36,395 bases of DNA from Thermodesulfobacteriota bacterium (lineage in GTDB: Bacteria > DASVDK01): the NCBI GenBank assembly GCA_036381125.1, contig DASVDK010000237.1, positions 1 to 36,395 on the forward strand, read 5' to 3'. The notes beneath the pieces were generated by a model. It was not told the origin of the DNA. It did not search any database and was given only the letters and a program-made list of their open reading frames with translations. The position numbers and the translations under genes are program-made. Positions 27,054 through 36,148 of this stretch are shown in pieces (the stretch's first letter is position 1; the number at the start of each line of letters is the position of its first letter).

Positions 27054-27093
27054 CGAGGCGCCCCCGCCGCCGGCGCGGCATACTGAAGGGACC

Positions 27094-27948
27094 ATGAGCA
27101 CCGACACGGCCCAGGCGAGCGCCGTCGAGAAGCGCAGGCGCCCCGAGCTCGGGGTGGTCATCGACGGCCGGGTGAAGGAGCTGCTCCTCTACCCGGGGAA
27201 CTTCTGCAACCGCGACTGCGCGTTCTGCACGGTCCTCGGCAGCCCGGCGGGGTGGTACCACCCCCTCGCCGCCGCGCACCTCGACCAGGCGCTGGCGCTC
27301 GTGCACCTCGGGCCCGAGGGCGCGGTCAAGTTCTACGGCGGCGAGCCGACGCTCGACGTCGAGAACATGACCTGGGCCATCGGGTACCTGCGCGAGCGCG
27401 GGTTCCAGGGGAGCTTCACCGTCTTCTCGAACGGCATCCGCGACCGCGCGCTGGTGGCGATCGTCGAGTCCGATCCGCTCCGGCGCGTCAGGGTCGCCCT
27501 GAACTACTCCATCTGGACCGGCGACGGTGCGCCGCCGATCCCGGCCGCCGCACGCGAGCGGCTCGAGGCGTACGCGCGCGCGCACCCCGGCGTCGTCACC
27601 GTCGGCTACGCCGACATCATGGACATGGGGGGCGGGCTCGCCGGCTTCGACGGCAGGCGGCAGGAGCTGCAGGAGACCTTCCACGACGACTGCGGCCGGT
27701 GCTACCCGGTGGTCACGACGAAGGGGCGGGTGCACGCCTGCCCGTTCGCGGTGGAGATCGACGACCCCCACTTCCGGCTGGGCGAGGTGCCGGGCGACGC
27801 CCGCCGGACCGTGCGCAACTTCGAGGCCTTCTTCCGCTGGATCGACGACGCGCTCCTGCCGTACGCGCGCGCCCGCGCGATGCAGCCCTGCACCGTCTGC
27901 CGCACGCGGCTCGGTGAGCTGCCGATGCCGGCCTTCGAGGTCGAGTGA
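27094..27948 (+). CDS. Radical SAM protein with C-terminal Cys motifs (SPASM/twitch-like)
   Basis: CNRDCAFC (CxxxCxxC), YGGEPTL, FSNG; CGRC, HACPFA, CTVC. Confidence 0.88.
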   Translation: MSTDTAQASAVEKRRRPELGVVIDGRVKELLLYPGNFCNRDCAFCTVLGSPAGWYHPLAAAHLDQALALVHLGPEGAVKFYGGEPTLDVENMTWAIGYLRERGFQGSFTVFSNGIRDRALVAIVESDPLRRVRVALNYSIWTGDGAPPIPAAARERLEAYARAHPGVVTVGYADIMDMGGGLAGFDGRRQELQETFHDDCGRCYPVVTTKGRVHACPFAVEIDDPHFRLGEVPGDARRTVRNFEAFFRWIDDALLPYARARAMQPCTVCRTRLGELPMPAFEVE

Positions 27949-28409
27949 TCACCATCGGTCCGGCGCGTGAACCCGAGCGGGTCGTGGTGGCGCGTCTGCT
28001 CGTCGAGGCCGGCCTGCCGCCGGACGGCCTCGAGCGCACGTGGCTGCTCGTGGCGCGCGACGACCCGGCCGAGACGGCGGCCGGCAAGCCGACCGGCGAG
28101 GGCGAGGTCGTCGGCGCCGTCGGCCTCGAGGCCCATCCCCCTGCCGGCGTGCTCCGCTCGCTCGTCGTCGCCCCGGCCTACCGCGGGGCGGGGACCGCCA
28201 CGGCGCTGGTGGCCCGCCTCCTCGAGGCGGCCGATGCCCGCGGCGTGAGCGACCTCTGGCTCCTCACCACGACCGCGGCCCCCTTCTTCGCGCGGCTCGG
28301 CTTCGCGCCGGCCGACCGGGAGTCCGCGCCGCCGGGCGTCCGCGACTCGATCGAGTTCCGCAGCGCCTGCCCGACCACCGCCGCCTGCCTGAGGCTGTCG
28401 CTGACCTGA
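27945..28409 (+). CDS. GNAT acetyltransferase, ArsN2-like
   Basis: GTGA overlap; LRSLVV.P.YRG.G, WLLTTTA..FF.RLGF, C-terminal SIEFRSACPTTA typical of ArsN2. Confidence 0.8.
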   Translation: MITIGPAREPERVVVARLLVEAGLPPDGLERTWLLVARDDPAETAAGKPTGEGEVVGAVGLEAHPPAGVLRSLVVAPAYRGAGTATALVARLLEAADARGVSDLWLLTTTAAPFFARLGFAPADRESAPPGVRDSIEFRSACPTTAACLRLSLT

Positions 28410-28421
28410 CGCGCCCCCACG

Positions 28422-28800
28422 CTACTCGGCGGCGTAGCCGAGCCGCTGCGAGAGGCGTCCCGCCGCCTGCTCGAGGCGAGGGACGAGGTCGGCGACCAGC
28501 CGTCGGTCGGTGAGCCGGCTCGCCGGCCCCGACAGGCTGATGGCCCCCACGACGCGGCGCGCGTAGTCTCGCACCGGGGCCGCGACGCAGCGCACGTCCG
28601 GCGCGTACTCGCCGTCGTCGAGCGCGTGGCCGCGCGAGGCGATCGCCGGCAGGCGCGAGGCGAGGGCCCGCGGGTCGCGGATGGTCAGCGCGGTCTCGGC
28701 CGCGAGCGCGTCGAGGACCGGCCGCGCCTGGCGTGCGTGGACGACCGCCCTGTCGATCGCGGGGAGTGCAGGAGGGGTGCCAGCGGCGCCGTCCCGCCGG
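28422..28800 (-). pseudogene. Internally deleted IclR-family regulator remnant
   Basis: Intact IclR C-terminus (TIRDP..L..., RGHALDDGE..., VRCVAAPVRD, AISLSGP..RL, LSQRLGY) joined directly to the linker ARPVLDALAAET; no HTH; 5' boundary approximate. Confidence 0.65.
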
Positions 28801-29212
28801 CAGCCGCTCCGGTCGCCGGAATCCGCGGTGTTGGCTCGCCAGGCAACCGCGCCTGCCGCACGAACGGGCAGCATACACCGGCCGCCTGCTCACGGGGTGG
28901 GCAGGGTTCCGACCGATGCCGGAGCCGGCGCGTAGCCCTCGCCGGGTCGGGACCGGCGGAGGCCGGGTCGCGTTTACCCGCATCTGGAGCGGTCAGATCG
29001 CAATCCGCCCTTTACAATGCGCGTCGGATCGGTTAATTCATTGTCCGAGCGTGTCAACGCACTCGGGCCCGCCCGACGCGCGAGTTTCCGGGAACAGACC
29101 ACTGGCTCCGAAGACGGGCTCACGGCGGCAGACACCCGCGGCCGGTCGGTTCTGGCTGTGGCGTACCGCCGGCACGCGGTAGACGGACCTTATTACGGGA
29201 GACGGAGGATCC

Positions 29213-29500
29213 ATGGCCAAAGCGATGACGAAGTCGCAGATCGTGGCGCATCTGGCGGAGAAGGTCGACATTCCGAAGAAGACCGCCTCGATGCTGCTCG
29301 AGGAGCAGGCGGCGCTTGCGGCGAAGCAGGCCCCGAACGGGTTCACCATCCCGGGCATCGGCAAGCTCGTGCTCGTGAACCGCAAGGCGCGGATGGGGCG
29401 CAACCCGCAGACCGGCGCGGCCATCAAGATCCCGGCGAAGCGCGTGGTGCGCTTCCGCGTCGCCAAGGCGATGAAGGACGCGATCCTCAAGAAGAGGTAG
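29213..29500 (+). CDS. hup: HU-family DNA-binding protein
   Basis: MTKSQIVAHLAEK, IPGIGKL, RKARMGRNPQTG..IKIPAK; GGAGG RBS. Confidence 0.93.
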   Translation: MAKAMTKSQIVAHLAEKVDIPKKTASMLLEEQAALAAKQAPNGFTIPGIGKLVLVNRKARMGRNPQTGAAIKIPAKRVVRFRVAKAMKDAILKKR

Positions 29501-29542
29501 TCCGGGCGGCGGATCCCCTCGGCGGGGATCCCGGAGGCTTCT

Positions 29543-29583
29543 CGACGGGCCGTGCGGCACCTGCCGCGCGGCCCGTCGCGTTT
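29543..29583 (+). terminator. Probable intrinsic terminator between the convergent hup and dapE genes
   Basis: 16-bp stem CGACGGGCCGTGCGGC-ACCT-GCCGCGCGGCCCGTCG, then CGTTT; a second hairpin GGATCCCC/GGGGATCC at 29511-29531. Confidence 0.55.
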
Positions 29584-29590
29584 GGGGGAG

Positions 29591-29610
29591 CAGGCCTTTC
29601 CGTTTTCCAT
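29591..29610 (+). repeat. Dispersed copy of the 25-bp repeat core
   Basis: CAGGCCTTTCCGTTTTCCAT, identical to 15052-15071. Confidence 0.85.
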
Positions 29611-29643
29611 CGGCTCTCGTCCCGGCGCGCCGCCCACGCACCG

Positions 29644-29825
29644 GCGTCACGGCGCTCCGGCCTCCGGCCGGGCCCCGCTTCGCGGGGCGCGCTCCCGCTC
29701 CGGTGCCCGCGTGCCGCCCGGGGACCCGCGTCACGGTGCTCGGGCCTGCGGCCCGGGGCCGCTCGCGCGGCCCGCGTTCACGCGACGGAGGCTGCGGGCC
29801 CCGCTTCGCGGGGCGCTTTCCCGCT
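29644..29825. repeat. REP-like hairpin repeats, two types with two copies each
   Basis: Type A GCGTCACGGYGCTCSGGCCTSCGGCC(C)GGG at 29644 and 29728; type B GGGCCCCGCTTCGCGGGGCGC..TCCCGCT at 29670 and 29796. Confidence 0.75.
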
Positions 29826-30909
29826 ACCTGCCTGCGAGTCCGAGGAAGGTGGCCAGCGCCGCTCTGGCCGTGCCGAGCGGCGCGACCGGCGCCCACTCGC
29901 CCGACTGATGCGCCTGCGACGGCTCGCCCGGCCCGTAGTTCACCGCGGGGATCCCGGCCTGCCCGAGTCGGGCCACGTCGGTCCAGGCCTGCTTGGGCGC
30001 CACCGGCGCGCCGGTGATCTCGAGGAAGCGCGCGAGCACCGGATGGTCGCGCACCACGGGTCCGGGCGGCGCCTCGTCGACGAAGGCCACCTCCGCCTCG
30101 CTCCCGACGATCGCGAGCACGTCGGCCCGTGCCGCGTCGATCCGCTTGTCCGGGGCGAAACGGTAGTTCACGTTCAGCTCGAAGAAGTCGGGGACGACGT
30201 TGCGCACCGCGTGGGAGCGCGCCGTCGTGACGCTCATCACCTCGCGGAACGTGAGGCCCTGGATCGTCACGTCGCGCGGCGTCCGTGCCGCGATGCGCGA
30301 GAGGAAGGGCGCGGCCTTGTGGATGGCGTTCTCCCCCTCCCAGGGCCGCGCGCTGTGCGCCGCCCGGCCGGTGAAGCGCACGCGCGCGTGCAGGGCGCCG
30401 AGGCAGCCGACCTGCACCTCGCCCCCGGTCGGCTCGAGGCAGAAGGCGAAGTCGACGCCCGCGAGCAGCCGGGAGCGCTCGAGCACGGGGCCGAGCCCGC
30501 TCTCGGCGTACGGTCCCTCCTCGCGATCGTAGAAGACGGCGACGAGCGCCGGCCCCGGCGTCCTCGAGGCCGCCGCCTCGGCCAGGAGCGCGAGCATCAC
30601 GGCGAGGCCGCCCTTCATGTCGCTCGCGCCGCAGCCGTAGAGACGGTCGCCGTCGAGCCGAACCGGATCGGCGACGTGGCCGGCAACGGTGTCGAGGTGC
30701 CCGAAGAGCGCGACGGCACCGGACCCGCCCGGTCGGTCCACCCGCGCCACGACGTTGTGACCGATCCGCTCGCGGCGCACGGCCGGGCCGAGCGCGGCGA
30801 CCCGCGCCTCGACCAGATCGGCGAGCGGGCCTTCCTGCCCGATCGGGCTCGGGACCGCCACCAGCTCGAGCGCCAGCTCCGCGAGCGGCGAGCGCGCGCC
30901 GGCCCTCAC
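29824..30909 (-). CDS. dapE: Succinyl-diaminopimelate desuccinylase (M20 family)
   Basis: GTGA overlap with dapD; GHLDTV, GCGASDMKGG, YDREEG, LEPT, HSARPW, WTDVAR, AH..E. Confidence 0.88.
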   Translation of the reverse strand: MRAGARSPLAELALELVAVPSPIGQEGPLADLVEARVAALGPAVRRERIGHNVVARVDRPGGSGAVALFGHLDTVAGHVADPVRLDGDRLYGCGASDMKGGLAVMLALLAEAAASRTPGPALVAVFYDREEGPYAESGLGPVLERSRLLAGVDFAFCLEPTGGEVQVGCLGALHARVRFTGRAAHSARPWEGENAIHKAAPFLSRIAARTPRDVTIQGLTFREVMSVTTARSHAVRNVVPDFFELNVNYRFAPDKRIDAARADVLAIVGSEAEVAFVDEAPPGPVVRDHPVLARFLEITGAPVAPKQAWTDVARLGQAGIPAVNYGPGEPSQAHQSGEWAPVAPLGTARAALATFLGLAGR

Positions 30910-31730
30910 GCGGCGATCCCGAAGTCCCGCAGCGCCTGGTTGAGGGAGGTCTTCCGGTCGGTCGACGCGCTGCGCTGCCCGATGATGAGCGCGCACTGCA
31001 CGTTGAACGTGCCGGCCGGGTAGGTCTTGGGAATCGAGCCCGGCACGACGACCGACCTGGCCGGCACCCGGCCGCGGTAGGTGACCGGCTCCGGCCCGGT
31101 CACGTCCACGATGGGGGTCGAGCCGGTGATCGTCACGTTGGCCCCGAGGACCGCCTCCTCCTCCACGAGCACCCCTTCCACGACGATGCAGCGCGAGCCG
31201 ATGAAGCAGCCGTCCTCGACGATGACCGGACGCGCGCCCGGCGGCTCCAGCACGCCGCCGATGCCGACGCCGCCGGCGAGGTGGACGTTGCGGCCGATCT
31301 GCGCGCAGGAGCCGACCGTCGCCCAGGTGTCGACCATCGTGCCCGAGCCGACCCACGCGCCGATGTTCACGTAGGACGGCATGCAGACGACGCCCGACTC
31401 GAGGTACGCGCCGTAGCGCACGACGGCGGGCGGCACCACGCGGACGCCCCGCTCCGGGTAGCCGGTCTTGAGCGGGATCTTGTCGTGGTACTCGAAGGGG
31501 CCCACCTCGACGCGCGCCATGGGCCTGATGCGGAAGTAGAGCAGGATCGCCTGCTGGATCCAGGAACGGACCTGCCAGACGCCGTCCACCTTCTCGGCGA
31601 CGCGGAGCCGCCCCCGGTCGAGCGCGTCGACGACCGCCTCGACCACCTGCCGTCCCTCGGCCGACTCGAGCCGCCCGGGGTCCGCCTGGATCTCCTCGAT
31701 CGCGCGCTCGAGAAGCGCCACGTCACTCAT
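30906..31730 (-). CDS. dapD: Tetrahydrodipicolinate N-succinyltransferase
   Basis: HDKIPLK, GVRVVPPA, MPSYVNIGA, MVDTWATVGSCAQIG, GGVLEP. Confidence 0.95.
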   Translation of the reverse strand: MSDVALLERAIEEIQADPGRLESAEGRQVVEAVVDALDRGRLRVAEKVDGVWQVRSWIQQAILLYFRIRPMARVEVGPFEYHDKIPLKTGYPERGVRVVPPAVVRYGAYLESGVVCMPSYVNIGAWVGSGTMVDTWATVGSCAQIGRNVHLAGGVGIGGVLEPPGARPVIVEDGCFIGSRCIVVEGVLVEEEAVLGANVTITGSTPIVDVTGPEPVTYRGRVPARSVVVPGSIPKTYPAGTFNVQCALIIGQRSASTDRKTSLNQALRDFGIAA

Positions 31731-31762
31731 GATGTCCACCTCGGCGCCTCCCGGCGCCACGC

Positions 31763-32917
31763 TCAGATACCGATCCGTTCCCAGACCTCGAGCGCCGCCC
31801 GGCAGGTCTCGAGGGACGGCACGAGCGCCACGCGCACGTAGCCCTCCCCTCCCGGCCCGAAGGCGTCGCCCGGGCTCACGATGATGCCCGACTCGAGCAG
31901 GCGCGCGGCGTGCGCGTGGGCGTCGCCGGCGTCGCGCCCCCCGGGCGGCACGCGCAGCCAGAGGAAGAACGTCCCCTCGCTCGCCCCCACCTCGTAGCCC
32001 AGGCGCCTGAGCGCCGGCAGGACCAGGTCGCGCTTCGCCTTGAACACGGCGGCGCGCTCCGCGACGTGCGCGTCGTCCGACCAGGCCGCCACGGCGGCCG
32101 CCTGGACGAACTCCGCCCCCGCCACCCCCATGAACGCGCGGAACTTGCGGTAGAGGGCGATCAGCTCCGGGTCGCCCGCGACGAAACCCGACCGGTACCC
32201 GGTCATCCCCGACCGCTTGGAGAGCGAGAAGAACGCGAGCACGCCCTCGGTCGAAACCTGCAGGACGCTCGCCGCATCGGCGTCGAACGCCAGGTCGACG
32301 TAGCACTCGTCGGAGGCGAGGACGATGCCGCGGCGACGGCAGCCGTCGACGAGCGCCCGGTAGTAGTCCCGGCCGACGACCTTGCCGGTGGGGTTGTGCG
32401 GGTAGTTCACCCAGAGGAGCCGCGTCTGCGCCAGCGCGGCCTCCGGCACGTCGCCCAGGTCGAAGGCGAAGTCGGTGCGCGCCGAGAGCGGCACGGGGTG
32501 CGCGACGGCCCCCGCGAAGAGCGCGCCGGCCTCGTAGATCGGGTAGCCGGGGGTCGGGTAGACGACGCGCCGCCTGGCCGCCGCCGGGTCCACGAGCACG
32601 AGCGGCAGGTGGAAGATCGCCTCCTTCGACCCGGCGGTCGGCAGGACCTGGGTCTCGGGGTCGAGCGTGACGCCGAAGCGGCGCCTCACCCAGTCGGCGC
32701 ACGCCCGGCGGAGCGCCTTCGTGCCCGCGACGCTCGGATACTGCGAGACCTCCGGCACGGCCCGCCTGAGCGCCTCGACGATGAAGGGCGGCGTCGGCTC
32801 GATGGGGTCGCCCACCCCGAAGTCGTACACCGGCAGCCGGGCGGACAGGCGAGCCTGCTTGAGCCGGTCGAGTTCCGCCATGACGTACGGCTTCGTGGCC
32901 AGGAGCGCGGCGTTCAT
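31763..32917 (-). CDS. dapC: N-succinyldiaminopimelate aminotransferase
   Basis: GVGDP, GSKEAIF, WVNYPHNPTG, SDECY, SLSKRSGMTGYRSG; clustered with dapD and dapE. Confidence 0.87.
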   Translation of the reverse strand: MNAALLATKPYVMAELDRLKQARLSARLPVYDFGVGDPIEPTPPFIVEALRRAVPEVSQYPSVAGTKALRRACADWVRRRFGVTLDPETQVLPTAGSKEAIFHLPLVLVDPAAARRRVVYPTPGYPIYEAGALFAGAVAHPVPLSARTDFAFDLGDVPEAALAQTRLLWVNYPHNPTGKVVGRDYYRALVDGCRRRGIVLASDECYVDLAFDADAASVLQVSTEGVLAFFSLSKRSGMTGYRSGFVAGDPELIALYRKFRAFMGVAGAEFVQAAAVAAWSDDAHVAERAAVFKAKRDLVLPALRRLGYEVGASEGTFFLWLRVPPGGRDAGDAHAHAARLLESGIIVSPGDAFGPGGEGYVRVALVPSLETCRAALEVWERIGI

Positions 32918-32971
32918 GGCCGTCTAGGGTACCAAACGCCCGGCCGGCATGGCCGCCTCCGACGACGCGTC

Positions 32972-34489
32972 TCAGTGGAGTCGGTACAGCGTCACGTCCC
33001 CCTCCTCGAAGACGCGCCGGTACTCCCACGAGGGCGGACGCGGGAAGGCCCGCTCCCGGTCGACCGCGAGGAAGTCGTAGCGGGCGAGGAGGTCGCGCCG
33101 GAAGGGGCCCTCGTCCCCCGGCGGGAGCGCCTCGAGTGCATCCCGGAGGTACAGGGAATCGGGCGTCGCCTGCGCGAGCGCCCGATAGCGCGGCGTGAGC
33201 GCAAGCGGCTGCTGGCTCGGCCTGGCGAAGAGGAACGGGACGAAGGCGCTGCGCTCGATCACCGCCATGCACCAGACGTTCTGTACCGGCGGCGTCATCA
33301 CGTCCGTCCACCCGTCGCGCGCGTAGACCATCATCAGCTTCGCGCCGACGGGCAACGCCTCGATCGCCCGGAAGTACGTCGCGTACGTCCGCGCGAACCC
33401 CCGCCACTGCCGCTGGACGAGGCCGAGCTGGAGCGCCACGACGGCGGTGACGGCGGCGGCGAACGCCAGGCGCGAGCGGCCGCTTCGCCACGCCACGTCG
33501 GTCGCGGCCACGAGGAGGAACGCGAGCGCGACCGGCAGCCTCCTGTCCGCGAGGTTCGAGCCGAACACCGTGGCGGGCATCGCGAGGTACGAGGCGACGA
33601 GGCCGCCGAGCGGGGCGACCATGTCCGCCGACACGCGCACGACGCCCCTCGCCGTCAGCACGAGGTACGCGATCCCGGCCAGCGCCACGACCGCGACCTC
33701 GAGGCGCACGTCGTAGAGCTCCAGGACCGAGACGGCGGCGGCCAGCTTCTTCCAGTACGGGCGGAACTGGAAGGCCGTCACGTCGGCCGCCATCGGGCTC
33801 AGGGCGAGGAAGAGCGCCGCCGGCAGGACGAACTGCCCCGCCGCGACGGCCAGGTCGCTCGCCGGGTACGGCGCCCCCCGGCGCCGCGCCCGCCACCAGC
33901 GCGACAGCTCGTAGGCCAGCACCGACACGCCGTAGAGGCCGAGGGCGTAGAGGTGGCAGACCAGGAGAACGGTCGCCAGGCCGGAGAAGACGGCGAGCCG
34001 GACCCGCGCGCTCCGGCCGGCGGTCGCGACCCAGGCGGCGAGCGTCCAGAGGAAGAGGCCGACGCCGAACAGGTACCCGACGAGCCCCCAGGTGAGCATC
34101 TTGTTGTACAGGAGAAGGAAGGCCAGGAGCGGCCAGGGCGACAGCCGCCGGTGCAGCACGGCGTGGAGTCCCATCGTGCCGCTGACGAGCAGCAGGAAGG
34201 TCGCCGCGATGAAGAGCCGCCCCGCCGACTCGACGCCGATGAGCCGTGCCGCCGGCGGCACGAGGAGGTCCATCGCGAGGTTGGGGACGAGGTGCCACTC
34301 GATCGTGTAGAACTCCCCCAGGACGTCCGAGCGGTCTCCCACGGCGAGGATGTGGAGCCTGGCGAGGTGATTGGGGTAGTCGAAGAGCGGCGGCAACCGC
34401 ACGGAGAAGAGCGGGACGAGGGAGGCAACCCAGAGGGCGGCGGCCAGCGCGAGCCACGGGGCCGCGCGGGCGCCACGGGACGCCGTCAT
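32972..34489 (-). CDS. Polytopic membrane protein, probable GT-C-fold glycosyltransferase-like
   Basis: Many TM segments, first-loop motif PPLFDYPNHLAR, soluble C-terminal domain; function inferred only. Confidence 0.6.
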   Translation of the reverse strand: MTASRGARAAPWLALAAALWVASLVPLFSVRLPPLFDYPNHLARLHILAVGDRSDVLGEFYTIEWHLVPNLAMDLLVPPAARLIGVESAGRLFIAATFLLLVSGTMGLHAVLHRRLSPWPLLAFLLLYNKMLTWGLVGYLFGVGLFLWTLAAWVATAGRSARVRLAVFSGLATVLLVCHLYALGLYGVSVLAYELSRWWRARRRGAPYPASDLAVAAGQFVLPAALFLALSPMAADVTAFQFRPYWKKLAAAVSVLELYDVRLEVAVVALAGIAYLVLTARGVVRVSADMVAPLGGLVASYLAMPATVFGSNLADRRLPVALAFLLVAATDVAWRSGRSRLAFAAAVTAVVALQLGLVQRQWRGFARTYATYFRAIEALPVGAKLMMVYARDGWTDVMTPPVQNVWCMAVIERSAFVPFLFARPSQQPLALTPRYRALAQATPDSLYLRDALEALPPGDEGPFRRDLLARYDFLAVDRERAFPRPPSWEYRRVFEEGDVTLYRLH

Positions 34490-34636
34490 GAGGGTCGGTC
34501 GCGTGCCGAGACCGTGCCCGCGGACGGGTGTGCCTGGCGCCTCTCGAGCGGGAAGCCCCCGAGGTCGAGCCCGGCGAGCCGCCTCACGGCCGGCAGGCCG
34601 CGCCGGGGGCGGGTGCGGCCGCGCGTCGCGCCGGAG

Positions 34637-35125
34637 TCAGCGTCCGCCGGCGCGCGCCGCGTCGAGCAGTCGCCGCTCGGCCTCGCCCGGGAAGCCCCAC
34701 CGCGGCTCCCCCTCGGCCCGGGCCTCGCCGCCCGAGACGACCAGGGCGTAGCGTCCGGCAGGGGTCGGCTCGCCCTGCGGCGACACGGTGAAGTACCAGT
34801 AGTGCTGGCCGGCGCAGTCGACGAGGCAGGGCCCCGTCTCGGCCTTGAAGACGAGCCGCCACTCGCCGTCGGCCACGAACGAGGCGACCCAGGCGCGCGC
34901 CTCGCGGCCGACGCCGTTCGGTGCCGGCCGATCGACGAGCGGCGCCACCGCCCCCTGCACCGCGAGCCGGTCGAACGAGGCCGTGTGACCGACGAGCTCC
35001 TCCGCGCGGACGAGCGCGACCTCCTCGGCCTCGGGGTCGGGCGCGCCGACGGCTCCGGGGTCGGGCCCGCAGCCCGCAACGGCGACGAGCAGCGCGACGA
35101 GGAAAGCCGGCAGGACGCGCGTCAT
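34637..35125 (-). CDS. Hypothetical lipoprotein
   Basis: MTRVLPAFLVALLVAVAG-C lipobox; CxxxC followed by YWYF. Confidence 0.7.
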   Translation of the reverse strand: MTRVLPAFLVALLVAVAGCGPDPGAVGAPDPEAEEVALVRAEELVGHTASFDRLAVQGAVAPLVDRPAPNGVGREARAWVASFVADGEWRLVFKAETGPCLVDCAGQHYWYFTVSPQGEPTPAGRYALVVSGGEARAEGEPRWGFPGEAERRLLDAARAGGR

Positions 35126-35134
35126 GGCGCCATC

Positions 35135-36013
35135 CTAACACCGACCCCCGTGACAGGGCTGTGATCGGAGCCCATCCACCAGCGCCGCCAGCTCGCGGCG
35201 CATCTGCGCCGCGGGCGCGTGATGCCGGTGGCCGTGGCCCGGCAGGAGCCACTCGAACCGGAGGTCGAGGAGGCGGGCGAGCGAACGGATCTGCGCCTCC
35301 CAGTCCCACCAGCAGACGTCGCGCCAGGCCACGAGGGCGCCGGCATCCGGGTCGAAGGCGAGGTGGTCGCCCGAGAAGAGGTGCCGCTCGGCGTGGAGCA
35401 GGACCGCGTGACCGCGCGTGTGGCCCGGAGTCGGCACGAAGAGGAGGTCGGGCGCCAGCGGCACCGGGTCGTCGCCCGAGGGCTGCCGCTCGACCTCCCG
35501 CGTGGCTCGGGTGACGTCGTCCCGGTGAAGGACCCGCGGGCAGCGGAAGTGCGCCGCGAACTTCGCGTGGTCGGCGACGTCGTCCCGGTGCGTCAGGACC
35601 ATGAGGGTCACGCCGCCCAGCGCCTCGAGTCGCCGCACGAGGGGCGCGGCGAAGCGCGGGGAGTCGACCAGGACGTTCCCCTCCGGCCGCCGGATCAGGT
35701 ACGACGACGCGCCGAACGACGACTCCGCGGCGTAGCCGCAGAAGAGGACCGAGCCGTCCGGCGTCACGGCCTCCGGGAGGGACGCCGCCGCCTGGCGGAC
35801 CGCCGACCTGGCGCCGGGCGCGGCGTGGATGGCGCCGGTCGGGCAGGTGACCAGCGCGAGCGCGGCGAGGCGCGTCTCCTCGCGGCCCGCCGGCTGGCGG
35901 CGCACGGCGGTGCGACCTCCCGACGCGGCGAACGTGGCCGGCGCGATCTGCCGGCACTGGTCGCAGTCGATGCAGGCGCTGTCGACGGTGAAGCGGCTCT
36001 CGTCGCTCGGCAC
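35135..36013 (-). CDS. MBL-fold metallo-hydrolase with N-terminal ferredoxin-like domain
   Basis: CIDCDQC...CPTGAI; THRDDVADH, PGHTRGH, FSGDHL, LPGHG. Start set at GTG 36013 (6 nt after CATAAT), uncertain. Confidence 0.85.
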   Translation of the reverse strand: MPSDESRFTVDSACIDCDQCRQIAPATFAASGGRTAVRRQPAGREETRLAALALVTCPTGAIHAAPGARSAVRQAAASLPEAVTPDGSVLFCGYAAESSFGASSYLIRRPEGNVLVDSPRFAAPLVRRLEALGGVTLMVLTHRDDVADHAKFAAHFRCPRVLHRDDVTRATREVERQPSGDDPVPLAPDLLFVPTPGHTRGHAVLLHAERHLFSGDHLAFDPDAGALVAWRDVCWWDWEAQIRSLARLLDLRFEWLLPGHGHRHHAPAAQMRRELAALVDGLRSQPCHGGRC

Positions 36014-36148
36014 CGGGGCATTATGCCGCGACCGCGCGCCCCCGCGCTCGGTCCGCGGGCGAAGCGAGGCCCTGTCTGTTGCCTCTCCGGGCGTGGCTGT
36101 GGTGACAATGAACACCCGGCCGCGGCCATTCTCCCCAGGAGGACCACG

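Noticed and set aside
28990-29060. Defined promoter for hup
   Set aside because: An AT-richer patch with TACAAT is present, but I could not pair it with a convincing -35 box.
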